A stretch of DNA of 64,000 nt. It comes from Carcharhinus amblyrhynchos. Taxonomy: Eukaryota. Of the stretch, positions 1 to 12,030 are shown one piece after another. Numbering within the stretch: the stretch's first letter is position 1; each line of letters begins with the position of its first letter. Where the stretch lies: assembly GCA_965287045.1 (NCBI GenBank), contig OZ336877.1, positions 70,060,001 to 70,124,000 on the forward strand. Reading direction: 5' to 3'. A program made the position numbers and the translations under genes. A model generated the notes under the pieces. The model had not been told where the DNA came from. It did not search any database and was given only the letters and a program-made list of their open reading frames with translations.

Positions 1-417
1 ATATTGAGAATCAGAATGAATGTAGCAAAGCAGGTTTTACTCAAGATACAGTTGCAGAATATTCTTGAGCAGGAACCCTGACTAATTTCATTGACATTTT
101 GAGAAAGTAACTGGATTGAAGGGCTACACTGTGGTGTAGTTGGCTTCAAAAATCATTTCATAAATTCCCTGGTGCATATTATACTTGATCTTAAAGTAAT
201 GCAGACATAAGACAAAGCCTAAAAATTGCTAAAAGTTGGCTGAAGGGTAGGAGTAGTTGGTGCAGGTGAGGAGTGATTGAGGGAGTGGCAGGGGGAAGGG
301 GAGGGGGGCAGAACTGGGGTGAAAAAGTGGTGAGTTTTGCTGTTGGGACACCTACTGCTCCTTCTTTGAATGAAGAATTTGAATCCAGAAGTAAAGTGAC
401 CAGATTAACTCTTTTTG

Positions 418-1187
418 AGTTGGTTGGTATGTTATCTCAGACTTTTGTATCTTTTTCCCAATGGAAGGAGGTAGAAGAGAGAATGTCCGGGATGCGTGGG
501 GTCCTTAATTATGCTGGCTGCTTTGCCGAGGCAGTGGGAAGTGTAGACAGAGTCAATTGATGGGAGGCTGGTTTGTATGATGGATTGGGCTACATTCATG
601 ACCTTTTGTAGTTCCTTGTGGTCTTGGGCAGAGCAGGGGCCATACCACGCAGAATGCTTTCTACGGTGCATCTGTAAAGATTGGTAAGAGTCTTGCTGAC
701 ATGCCAAATTTCCTTAGCCTCCTGAGAAAGTAGAGGCACTGGTGGGCTTTCTTAACTATAGAGTGGGCATGAGGGAACCAGGACAGGTTGTTGGTGATCT
801 GGACATCTAAAAGCTTGAAGCTCTTGACCTTTTCTACTTTGTTCTCCTCGATGTAGACAGGGGCATGTTCTCCTTTACACGTCCTGAAGTCGATGACAAT
901 CTCCTTCATTTTGTTGACATTGAGGGAGAGATTATTGTTGCCGCACCAGTTCACCAGATTCTGTATCTCATTCCTGTACTCTGTGTCATCATTGTTTGTG
1001 ATCCGATCCACTACAGTGGTGACATCAGCAAACTTGAAGATCAAATTGGAGGGGAATTTGCCTACACAGTCACTGACGTATAAGGAATATAGTCGGGGGC
1101 TGAGAATACAGCCTTGCGGGGCACTGGTAATGAAGATGATTGTGAAGGAGGTATTGTTGTCTATCCTTACTGATTGTGGTTTGTGCT
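418..1187 (-). mobile_element. Rex1/Babar-type LINE, RT C-terminal fragment
   Basis: IFKFAD(D)TTVV..LVNWC..NNLSLNVNK.KEIVIDFR..KKAHQ.LYFLRRLRKFG. Confidence 0.85.
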
Positions 1188-1265
1188 GAGGAGTAGAGGA
1201 CGTTTACTCACAAGTGAAATATGACACTGGCTGTAATGATTTACTTTTACAGGATTAACCAGCAA

Positions 1266-1575
1266 ATGGTGGCATAGTAGTTAGCATTGTTGCTTCACAG
1301 CACAACCCGGTTCAATTCGGACCTCAGGTGACGGTCTATGTGCAGTTTGCATATTCTCATGTTTGTGTGGGTTTCCTTTCAGCGCTCCATTTCCTCCCCA
1401 CAGTCCAAAGATGTGTGGATTCAGTTGATTGGCCATGCTAAATTGCTCATTAGTATCAGAAAGATTGAGAAGGTAAATATGTGGGGTTGTAGGGATAGGA
1501 TCTATGCGGGATTGTTGTCTGTGCAGGATTGATAGCCCAAATGGCCTCCTCCTGCACTGTAGATTTTATGATTAT
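1266..1575 (+). mobile_element. tRNA-derived V-SINE (HE1-like) with CR1-type tail
   Basis: A box (tggcatagtagttag), B box (ggttcaattc), V-domain (ttcctcccacagtccaaagatgtg), tail ggcctcc.tctgcactgtag..ttctatgatt. Confidence 0.85.
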
Positions 1576-3651
1576 TATTAATAAAATTGTATAGCATCTT
1601 CTTGGCTGTAGTTAGCTTCCAAAATCTCTCTTTGCCTCAGAGCCTCTCTCACCATGGAGTGGGGAGTGGAGGGGGGGGGGGGGGGTAGTGATTCCACACT
1701 CCCAATTGGTCACACAAGTCATGTGACCTTCCTCGGCTGTGTTGTCCTAATGCGGACAATCACCACACTCACCCACCTCAATTGGAATTCGCAGAGTCAG
1801 CACAGTTAAATATTTAAGTATTGTGAATGTATCAAAGTGTGTTTCCATTCCATTTTTATTAGGTGTGCCTGTGGCTGTCCTTGAGCTGTGTCCCTGCAGT
1901 GTTGTTTAGTTGCTTTAACATTTCTTTGCATTTTCTAATTGAAATGACCTGTTAAACTATTTGATAATCACAGATGCATTTCTTTCTTTGTAGCTTCAGT
2001 AAAATATTTCTTAATCTTTCATTTCTAAACAAGGGCCCGGACTGACATATTTTTGTTCTGTCTATATGTGTTTCCCTCCGTTTCTGTTTCACAAGTGAAC
2101 TGTGACAGTTTAAAAAAAAAGCCCCTTATGCATTACAATATATACAATTCTCACCCAACATGAACACTGCATGATCTCCTGGGGAAGTATCAAGATATAA
2201 AATTAAGCCAATTGAGGAAGAAAATCTGGAGGAAAAAAAATTATCGGTCCTTACATTCCCTAAGCTCTGATAGACTGATTAGAGTTGAAGGTAACTTTAT
2301 AATGACTTTACTTCAGACATAAGTACCAGCTATTTCACAGTCTGCGACTCTTGTCTCTCTTCTATGCTTAATGCCCTCTAATTTGGATGAGTGTTAAATC
2401 TGGATATGGTCTATGAGTCTGCCAGTGACAACTGGGAAGAGCTGCAGAGACACCCTCTAGTGGATGATAGTGCAAAGGATGATTGTGATTGTGAAAAAGG
2501 ACTGCTGGAAGATCCACAGGCCTTAAATAACTTGGTAATACTCATCTTTAAAGCAACAAATTGCCCAACTTCATCTGAAATAGAATTAAACCAGAATCTC
2601 TTCCATTTATTGTATGTTAATATTCCTTGTACATGTTTGCTGGGCTTTCCACAGTCAGTCAGAGGAAAATAATCAACCCGAGTGCTTTCATAAATAATAC
2701 ATTGAAATGAGAAATGTACTATGCAGGCTCAAAGCATTGAACAGGGAATGATGCTAGATATAATGTTCAAAATGGGCACTGTTCACCCTTATAAAACTTT
2801 ATAAAATAGATTTTTCCTCGGTTTGTTCAAGGGTCACAGGCAATTGTGGTTCCAAATCTTATATAGCAATCATGCTCAGAAGCTAAAATGCACCCTTCAC
2901 ACCGTGCTCCCCTCTAAACAAAGAAATTTCTCTCTAAACAAGGCTAGCTAAGTATTTTAACTTTGGCAGTGTGGATTTTATTTTTCAAAACACCTCCAGC
3001 CTCTGACACACACATTCACTGGAGAGTTCTGTATGTATATCTGATAATAAAGCATTCAAAGACAAAACAACACATGCTGACAGATACCAACTCTTTAACC
3101 TCCCTTTTGTGCCAACTTCAACTATTTTTGCTCTAGCCACATAATTTAAATAAAAACAACTAGTACCAGTGAAGGGTGTAAAATATGGCTTACTTGATTG
3201 GATAGAAAGAATTTAAATTGTATTGATGTAATATTGTTGCAGAGACAGCACAAATCACATTGCATGCCCCAAAATAGGTTTCATTTTTTAAATTTTAAAT
3301 TACTCTGGAATTCAAGGCAAAAGCCCTTCCTGTATATAAATATGTATAAATGAGCTCGGCAAGCCTAAATCAGTGACTGTATTTTTTGTAATATATTAGT
3401 TGTGATAAAGTATGAAATGTTATGTTAAAAACATCATTACAGATATAAAAATCTTTTTCATTTCTCCATTCACAGTAGGCTAGAATGCATGCTTTTTTAA
3501 TCAGCTGGTGTCCAACCACACAGAATTTACATTTCCAGCACCGTAGCAAGCCATTTAGTCCATGCCAGTGATCATGCTCAAAATGATTCTCCTTCTACCC
3601 TATTTATTTCATTTAACCCCGTCTATCTTCTCATTTAATATATCTATGCCA

Positions 3652-3935
3652 TTGGCACAGTGGTTACAGTGCCAGGGACCCAGGTTCAATTCCTGGCTTG
3701 CATCACTGTCTGTGTGGAGTCTGCACATTCTTCCCGTGTCTGCGTGGGTTTCCTGTGGGTGCTCCAGTTTCCTCCCACAGTCCGAAAGATGTGCTGGTTA
3801 GGTGCACTGGCCATGCTAAATTCTCCCTCAGTATACCTGAACAGATGCTGGAATGTGGCAACTGGAGGATTTTCACAGTAACTGCTTGAAGTGTTAATGT
3901 AAGCCGACTTGTGACATTAATAAATAAACTTAAAT
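3652..3935 (+). mobile_element. V-SINE with alternative tail (...tgtgacattaataaataaact)
   Basis: A/B boxes and V-domain; tail differs from the CR1-type tail. Confidence 0.85.
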
Positions 3936-3990
3936 TTGCCTCATTAATTCTAGGAGATAGCAAATCTACATGTAACCTACAAAACTCAAT

Positions 3991-4815
3991 GGGCCCAATT
4001 TTACTATCAAGTTGTGCCTTTTTTCAGGTGCAAAAACTTGGTGAAGTCGGGCGTGAGGTGAGTAGCCTTGGTAAAGTCTGCTTCTGCGCGGATTCCGCCT
4101 TTACCAGGCCCGAAAATGGCCACAATCAAGACTGCACCCAAAATGGACACGACAGCCAGTTAAGTGCATTTGCATGCATTTAATTTGACTTAATGGGCTG
4201 CATGTCCAACCTTACCGGTACTCCCCCCTTTACCACCGTATTCGCCCATCCAGATTCGACGCAAAACAGACATGCTCCACAAAAGTCCTATTGGGCACTC
4301 CAGTTAGCGAGGAGGTAAGTGCTGAGCGTCCAACAGCTCTCTGCTTGAGATCGGTGGGGGGAGGGAAAGGAGGTGGTCCACTACCATTCTGCTTGTGATC
4401 AGTGAGGGGGGAGGGGAGTACGCTGCCACTCTGCTTGTGATCAGTTGGGGGGGGTGGTGGGAAGAGGCCCGCAATCAGTCTGGGTAGCAGAGGGATGGGG
4501 GGCTAAGGGAATAGGTAACATTGTGGGGATAGGACAATGTCTGTGGGGGCTGGGAAGAAGCATTATCCAGCTCGGAAGTGGTGGCAGGGGAATGTTATTC
4601 CATCTTAATTTTGCGCATGCACAGTTAAAGAATTGCCAATTGGAGCCGTAGGATTTCAGGCACGTTAAGCTCTGCCCACAGGTTTGTGCAGCATGATTTT
4701 TTTTTTAGGCAGAGTGTGTATGGGGACACCTGCAAACGGTCTAAAAGTCAGATCTGAAACATGCCCAGTTTCAAGTTCACCCAGCATTTAGAATCAAAAT
4801 GGTAAAATAGGGCCC
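3991..4815. mobile_element. Non-autonomous DNA transposon (PIF/Harbinger-like MITE)
   Basis: TIRs GGGCCCAATTTTACTAT / ATGGTAAAATAGGGCCC; 3-bp TSD AAT. Confidence 0.75.
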
Positions 4816-6764
4816 AATGAGTTATGTTTGGATTGGATGCAAACACACCTTAAAAACTTCAAATCGGCTTCCAGTCCACTCAGCCGTCAGTTTCCTTGAA
4901 TTGGCCAAATAATGGCCAGTGGGCAAACTCGCTGTCCAACTGAGGCGAAGAGTGTGCTCTCAAATATGAAGGGTAATAGAAGGCCTTCTCACATGGCAGG
5001 AGCAATAGCCTGCAGTACAGGTGAGAGAGAAAGAGAGAGACAGGGGGTGGCTCTATATTGATGTGCCTCTTGCAATTTAAAAAAGTGGCTTTAGAAGCTG
5101 GGCCATTATTGTGCAGGGAACCCCTTCTCTCAGTATAATAACCATGAAAAATGCTGGAAGAACCTAGCAGGTCTGGCAGCATGTGTGGAGTAAGAGAAAC
5201 AGTGGTTTCAAGTCCACATGACTCCTGTGCACAGCCTTGATAGGGTTACCAGTGAGCAGGCAGGAAAGAAGGTCTCAGCACTTGAAGATGCTCATTTTCC
5301 TGCAGGTGTGGGCACTTACTTCTGATTTGGGTGAATTGTGCCCAAAATCATTTAAATAAAAATGAAAGAGTCCAAATAACTGACAAATGTGGAAAAATGT
5401 ACTGCAGAGTGTTACCTTTCTTTCATTTACTTGGTCCATACAAAATGGAGGCCTGCCTCCAGTAAAGAAAGCAGAAAATTGGATGGATGCATTGGTTGGC
5501 TGAGATTTAGCATCAATCTTGCAAATTTGGTTGGAAAGTCAACTGTGCAAAATAAACAACGGCTGCAAACAGAGGTCCAGTAAACTGAAATGCTGGGACA
5601 TATTGACCTCAGACGTTAAAGGCATATTCATTGATTTTAACTGTTTGCGGGTGGTGGATATTATTTCTGCTCAAGTGGAACCAAGTTAAAGAGACAACTA
5701 TTGAAATTGTGGCAGGCTCGAGTTAGTAGGTGGGATATTGAAGAAGCAAATTGGCGAATAGGTGGATTGGCCATGCTAAATTGCCCCTTAGTGTCTTGGG
5801 AAATAACAGTGTAAAGATGCGGGACTACAGGAATAGGGCCTGGGTGAGGTTATTGTTGGCTTGATCAACTGAATGGCCTCCTTCAGCACTGTAGGGATTC
5901 AAAAATAATCTATTTTGTACAGTTTCAATGGTACCAATTCTGCTTGCTGGTTGCTTATTTAGAGGTTTGTTTTCCTCGCATTAGTTTGCCATTTGTCGTT
6001 TCTTTCTGCCTGTTTAGTCACATTTAATGGGATAAAGCATGATTAGCTGCTGTCTTATGACTGAACCTTCTGAGATGCTGCAAATGTGAGGGCATACTGG
6101 AGATGTGACACTTTCAAATGCATGATTCACTGCATACTTCTGTTGGACGCACCAGATTTCATTGTAGAGGTTGGCTGAATTTGAAGATAAATGTCAATTG
6201 GCATTTACATTGAAATAGACATAACTACCAAAACTGGGAATGAAAATAGAAGATGCTGGGACTGCACACAAAACTATTGAAAGCCTCCTCAGCCCTGATA
6301 TCAAATATAGTCAAACTATTTAAGCTGGGACACAGATAACTGACTTCATATTCACCTTCCTTATATTCTAAATATAATCACTGTGACAAAATGGTCCACA
6401 GTATATGTCATACATTCTCATGAAAGCTCTAATTTCTACTTGTACCAGTCCCAATAGCCCCAAATAAAGCAGATGTTACATTTCAAGCTGAACTAATATA
6501 ATTACATTTCAGAAAGACAGAAGTGTGATGACAAAGTAATGCAGGACACCATCTGTGGGTAGCCCTTCAGCATAATATGTGCAGCTTGTGAAAGCTCTGT
6601 CTCCAGCATGCAAAGCCACAGTTAAAAGGCATTATTTGTTTTCTTCAACTCTACTGTTCTTCCCTCTACTTTCCTGAGGATGTCCACATTGGTTCCGTGG
6701 GTGACCTCTAGTAACACGCTCAACTAGTCTTAATAGTTATGACATTGGAAGTCTTTTGACTTTG

Positions 6765-7153
6765 TAGGTTTGATTCCCAGCTTGGGTCACTGTCTGTGTG
6801 GAGTTTGCATGTTCTCCCAATGTGTGCATGGGTTTTCTCCAGGTGCTCCGGTTTCCTCCCACATTCTGAAAGACATGCTGGTTAGGTGCATTGACCCAAA
6901 CAGGCACCAGATTGTGGCAATTAGAGGAATAGAGGATAGATAAATTTTTGAACAGTGAAGGAATTAAGGGTTATGGTGAGCGGATGGGTAAGGGGAGCTG
7001 AGTCCATAAAAAGATCAGCCATGATCTTATTGAATGGCAGAGCAGGCTCAAGGGGCCAGCTGGCCTACTCCTGCTCCTAGTTCTTATGTTCTTATTTCAC
7101 AGTAACTTCATTGCAGTGATAATGTAAGCCTTACTTGTGACTAATAAATAAAT
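6765..7153 (+). mobile_element. V-SINE (alternative tail) with nested CR1 3' end at ~6930-7095
   Basis: SINE sequence breaks at gaggaat and resumes at ttcacagtaac; insert ends ttcttatgttcttat. Confidence 0.8.
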
Positions 7154-7179
7154 AACAGTGTAAAATGGAAGCTGAAAAT

Positions 7180-7316
7180 TAAAAACAAAATATTATGGAT
7201 GCTAGAAATCTGAAACAAAAACAGAAAAAAAAAGAACAAAATTCGCAGGTCTTGCAGTACCTGTGAAGAGAGAAAAATACAGTTAAGGTTTCAAGTCTGT
7301 AGACTCTTCTTCAGAG
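7180..7316 (-). mobile_element. Penelope-like terminal-repeat fragment (related pieces at 5148-5225, 9385-9500, 28965-29058, 50950-51030)
   Basis: Shared aaaatgctgga..agcaggtctggcagcatctgt motif; the minus strand carries CTGAAGA-stem-GAAAC. Confidence 0.6.
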
Positions 7317-9639
7317 TGGAAAATGGATGTCACCTTGCCTGAATGAAATGCATCGGCAGAAATTTCCGCTCCCGCTAGCAGAAGGAATTGTGGTGGATAA
7401 GGGAGCAAGATTTGGCAGGAGGCCAAAGATCATTTTCCCAAGATCAGGAAATTTGTTTGGAATCTTGTTCTCCTGACTTCCAGTCTGGTTCTCGTCCATT
7501 GTGCCCATACAAGTACTTAGCAGCAGAGATTACTGAGTAATCCAAAAACAAAATACTGCAGATACTAGAGTTTTGAGTATAAACGGAAAATGCAAGAAAT
7601 GGACAGCTGCTGGAATGTTATGATCATTCACGCTGGTGGGATTTTCCCATCCCACTGTAATGAATGGAGATTTGGCTGGGCATCGTATTCTCTGACTTCA
7701 TTGCAGCAGGAATATGGCATGAGCGACAGCAAGATCACACTCAAAGTCTGGTAACATTGCAGAGAAACAAACAGTTTGGATGACTGCTTTGCAGAAGGCC
7801 TCCATTCTGTTCAATTTGCAAGCATGACTGCAAGCTTCCAGTGGCCTGTAATTTTAATTCTCTGTCTGGCTGACATCTCTATTCTTGAATTGATCCAGTG
7901 AAGCTTAACTGAAGGTTGAGGAATGGACCCACATCTATTGATTAGACAGCTCTTTAAAGCCTTTGGATTCAACACTGGGTTCAAAAGACTGATGGAGTTC
8001 CACATTGTTGGCTAAGAGCCCAGCCATCAACCAGAATACTAAAATACCTGAGCTGCAAAACTATTGTGTGATTGTCTGATCTCTGCTGTCAAAATGGTTT
8101 ACATAAGATTAAGTGGATTCGAGTGCCTGCAGTTTCAGCTACTAAAACTTGAAAAGGTCTGGATGATTGACACTTTTATTACCATGTAGTGAAAAGAATT
8201 TTTTAATATTATGAAATATGAATGAATGATTTTTAAAGCCAGTTACATGCCTTTTGTCACAGCAGAGCTAATTGGATCTATACAGTGTATAGTGTGTCAA
8301 TGGATAGGGATGTGTCACAGTCTGGCATGGGGGCTTGAGGGACCATAGGGGGGGGAAGAGTGTTGAAGGGCCATAGCATTGTGTAAGGTGCATAAATAGC
8401 CATGGGGGTGGATGGAAGAGCGTGAGGAGGACCTTTTGAACATACCATCTAAAAGGTTTCCTCATGTGGATGATGGTTCACAACACCTGTGATGCTGTAA
8501 ATCATGACTCAGAAAAGCTGGCACAACTCCATGAAAATTGCAGAGGATTATGATATGTCAATCCCCTCAATGGAATGAGCCAGGTCTGAAGTATAGAATG
8601 TAGGCTTTTAGCCTAACCAGCCTACATGCTCAAAAAAATGCTCCTGAAAATTGGAAAGACCAGAAATTGTGTCGTCAACAGTACCCATCCATCATTTTTA
8701 TAGGGCTCACCCTGATTAGATTTAAATGCAGCCCAAAATATTTATGCATGTGTCACTGTCCAAACAATTTCATGAAAAATGTAGTTAAAGGCATTTTATC
8801 TTGTGGAGCACAACATTTTATAAAAGGTCAACTGAAAATGTACATGAAAAGTACTGAGAATTTCTCATATTTCAAATAGTTGTACAAGGTTAATTTTATA
8901 AATCTATACGGCCATGAGAAATGGGACCAAAAGTAGACAACTCATCCCCTCGAGCCTGCTTTGCCATTCAATAAGACCATGGCTGATCTGTTTGTGGCCT
9001 TTGTTGATCAAAACTCTGTCTACCTTTGTCTTATGTTCACTGACCCAGTGTCTACTGCTCTCTGGAGAGGAGAACTCCAAACACTAACAGCGCCCAAAGA
9101 AATTCCTGCTCATCTCCACCTTATTTTGAAACTAGTTATAGATTTTTCGAGAGGAAACACCCTTTCAGTATCAACATTGAATGGTTTCAAGAGGGAGATA
9201 GATATATTACTAATAAAAAAGGAAAAGAGGGATATGGGGAATAGGTGAGGCTGAAAGGGCTGAATCTGTCTACTTCCACTCCTAGCTCCTATTGCCTATA
9301 ACCCAGAAAAGCCCCCTTATTTCTTTCTATAAGATCATCGCTTATCCTTCTATACCCTATGAGTACTGACCCAGTTCAACTTCTCCTGAAATCTGAAATA
9401 AAAACAGAAAATGCTGGGAAGACTTAACAGATCTGAAAGCATCTGCAGAGAGAGAAAGAGTTAATGTTTCAGGTCCCTACAACTCTTCTTCAGAGTTAGA
9501 TGCTTGATGCTGTTCTTCTGCAGTCATCATTCTAATAATCACAAACCATTTGTTTTTCCTTCAGACTTGATGGTGCTAATGTGTTCAAAGGTGTTGAGTG
9601 ATTCATTATGGTCATTGCCCAACATCTGTCCAGTAATTA

Positions 9640-10800
9640 TCTTTAAAAGCTTCCTTTTCTTCTATCCAGCAAAGTTGCATGCACAATGATCCAGTTTCTT
9701 GCAATTAGAACACTGCTTTCCTCTTGCTGGACATGCTTCCTTTTCTTCTGTGTGGCATCCTCTGCAATATTTATATCCTGTACTTTTGTCTTATTGACTT
9801 TCATGTGAACATTTTTTCCTTTCCTCCATTGACTTGTGCTTGGGAAGCCTGAATTGTGTCTCAGCGTGGTGCAAAGCCTCATCAATTCCCCCGTCAATAC
9901 TTTCCAGCTGATGATTGACCACTTCATAGTTTCTGTTTCTTGCAATTGATTTCTTGAGAATAAGTCTGCCTTTCTCAGCAGACGTGCTCTCACAGTAGGA
10001 TCTCTCATTCCTACGATAATCCTATCTACGATCAGATCATACTTCCTTTGCTTGAACTCACAAGATTGAGCCAGAAGTCTCAAAGTGGTCACATGCTGAT
10101 CAATATTCTCTCCCTCTTTGAGCTTTGGTGCTGAATGCATAGTATGAGTAACGTGTAGAGGACACAAAGTGCATCATCAATTCCTCCATCAATTCACAAA
10201 ACCTTATAGCTCCTCAGCGAGGTCTTGGGTGCACTCTTTCCCTAGCACTGATAACAGAGTTGGATTCTTTTATTTGTTCTGATTTCTTGTTTAGCTTTGT
10301 GGAAATTTCATAGTTTTGCCACTGAGACTGGAAGAATTAGTAATTCTCTCTCAAATTTCCTTTCACCTCCATAAGAGCTGGCATTGAAATAGTCAAAGCC
10401 TTACTGACTCATCCAACTGTCAATTTCCTGACCAGCGTGGCAGCCTAAAGTTTTAGAGCACAATCTTACTGTCCATTCACGCCCCACTCCTGCCGTAGCG
10501 AGGATGGAGAATGTGACACCCAGCCAAATCTCCGTTCACTGCAGCGGGGCGAGAACATCCTGCCAGCGTGAATGGCTTAGGATTCCGGCCTAAATTATTA
10601 TCTTGTTTCTTACAGCAGCTAACTCTTTTACAGCTATCAAAATCCTTTGATAGCTGAACACTCCTGACACCATGTCCCAAGTGGCAGACGAAGTAGCTTC
10701 TGTTCTCAAGCCTTTATACACACAGCATTACAGAGCCCACATGACTATGGCAAGCCACAATCCACAAAGGCGCTTCTCCAAATATCTGGGCATTACAGCT
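9640..10800 (-). mobile_element. Gypsy LTR-retrotransposon gag remnant with PBS and 5' LTR piece
   Basis: ENIDQHVTTLRLLAQSCEF..DRIIVGMRD..RARLLR; frameshifted Cys/His knuckle; PBS-like TGGTGTCAG near 10665-10673; small MITE nested at ~10460-10590. Confidence 0.75.
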
Positions 10801-11044
10801 CTAAAACATAGGCACATGTTGGGCTTCTGAGATTGAAGTATTTTGGATGATGAGTTCCAACCAATGCTCAAAAAAGTGCTGAATGGGAAAGTTACAAAAA
10901 TAGGGCTTACTTACATGTGTGGCCTGCATTGGGACCCCTGCTTGACCTTCTCCTTGGCAGGAGTCTAAGGCAGACCATACTGGCATATTTGACTGGATAC
11001 CCACTAGGCCAGGATCTGCTAGTTCTATCCCATTTACATCACTC

Positions 11045-12030
11045 CAATAGAATTTGATTTGATTTATTAATGTCACATGTATAGTGTACAGTGAAAAGTA
11101 TTGTTTCTTGTGTGTTATACAGAAAGCACATTGTTCATAGAGAAGGAAAGGAGAGGATGCAGAATGTAGTGTTAGAGTCATAGCTAGCATGTAGAGAAAG
11201 ATCACTTAATGCAAGACCGGTCCATTCAAAAGTCTGATAGCAGCAGGGAAGAAGCTGTTCTTCAGTTGGTTGGTTTGTGACCTCAGACTTTGGTATCTTT
11301 TTTCTGAAGACAGAATGTCCATGGGGCTTGGGGTCCTTTTCCGAGGTAGTGGGAAATGTAGACAGAGTCAATGGATGGGAGGCTGGTTTGCATGATGGGC
11401 TGTGTTACGTTCATAATCTTTTGTAGCTCCTTGCACTCTTGGACAGAGCAGGAGCCATACCAAACTGTGATACAACCAGACAGAATGCTTTCTATGGTGC
11501 ATCTGTAAAAGTTGGTGAGAGTCATAGCGGACATGCCAAATTTCTTTAGCCTCCTGAGGAAGTAGAGGCATTGGTGGGCTTTTTTAATTATAGCATCAGC
11601 TTGGAGGGACCAGGACAGGTTATTGGTTATCTGGGCACCTATAAACTTGAAGCTCTTGACCATTTCCACTTCATCCCTGTTGATATAAACAGTAGTATGT
11701 CCTCCACTATGCTTCCTGAAGTCAATAACTCTCCTTCATTTTACTGACATCGAGGAAAAAATTATTGTCATCGAACCAGTTCATGAGACTCTTTATCTCT
11801 TTCCTGTACTCCTTTTCATCATTGTTTGAGATCCAACCCACTGTGTCATCAGCAAACTTGAAAATTGAGTTGGAGGGTAATTTGACCAAACAGTCATAGC
11901 TGTAGTAAAGGGCTGAGGACACAGCCTTGTGGGGTACCAGTGTTCTGGATGATTGTGAAGGAGGTTGCCTATCCTTGCTGATTGCAGTCTGTGGGTTCGG
12001 AAGTCTAAGATCCAATTGCAGTCTCCTGCA
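11045..12030 (-). mobile_element. Rex1/Babar-type LINE 3' end with (TCAAA)n tail
   Basis: IFKFADDT, NFYRCTIESILSGCITVWYG; 3' end ...tgtgacattaataaatcaaatcaaa. Confidence 0.85.
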
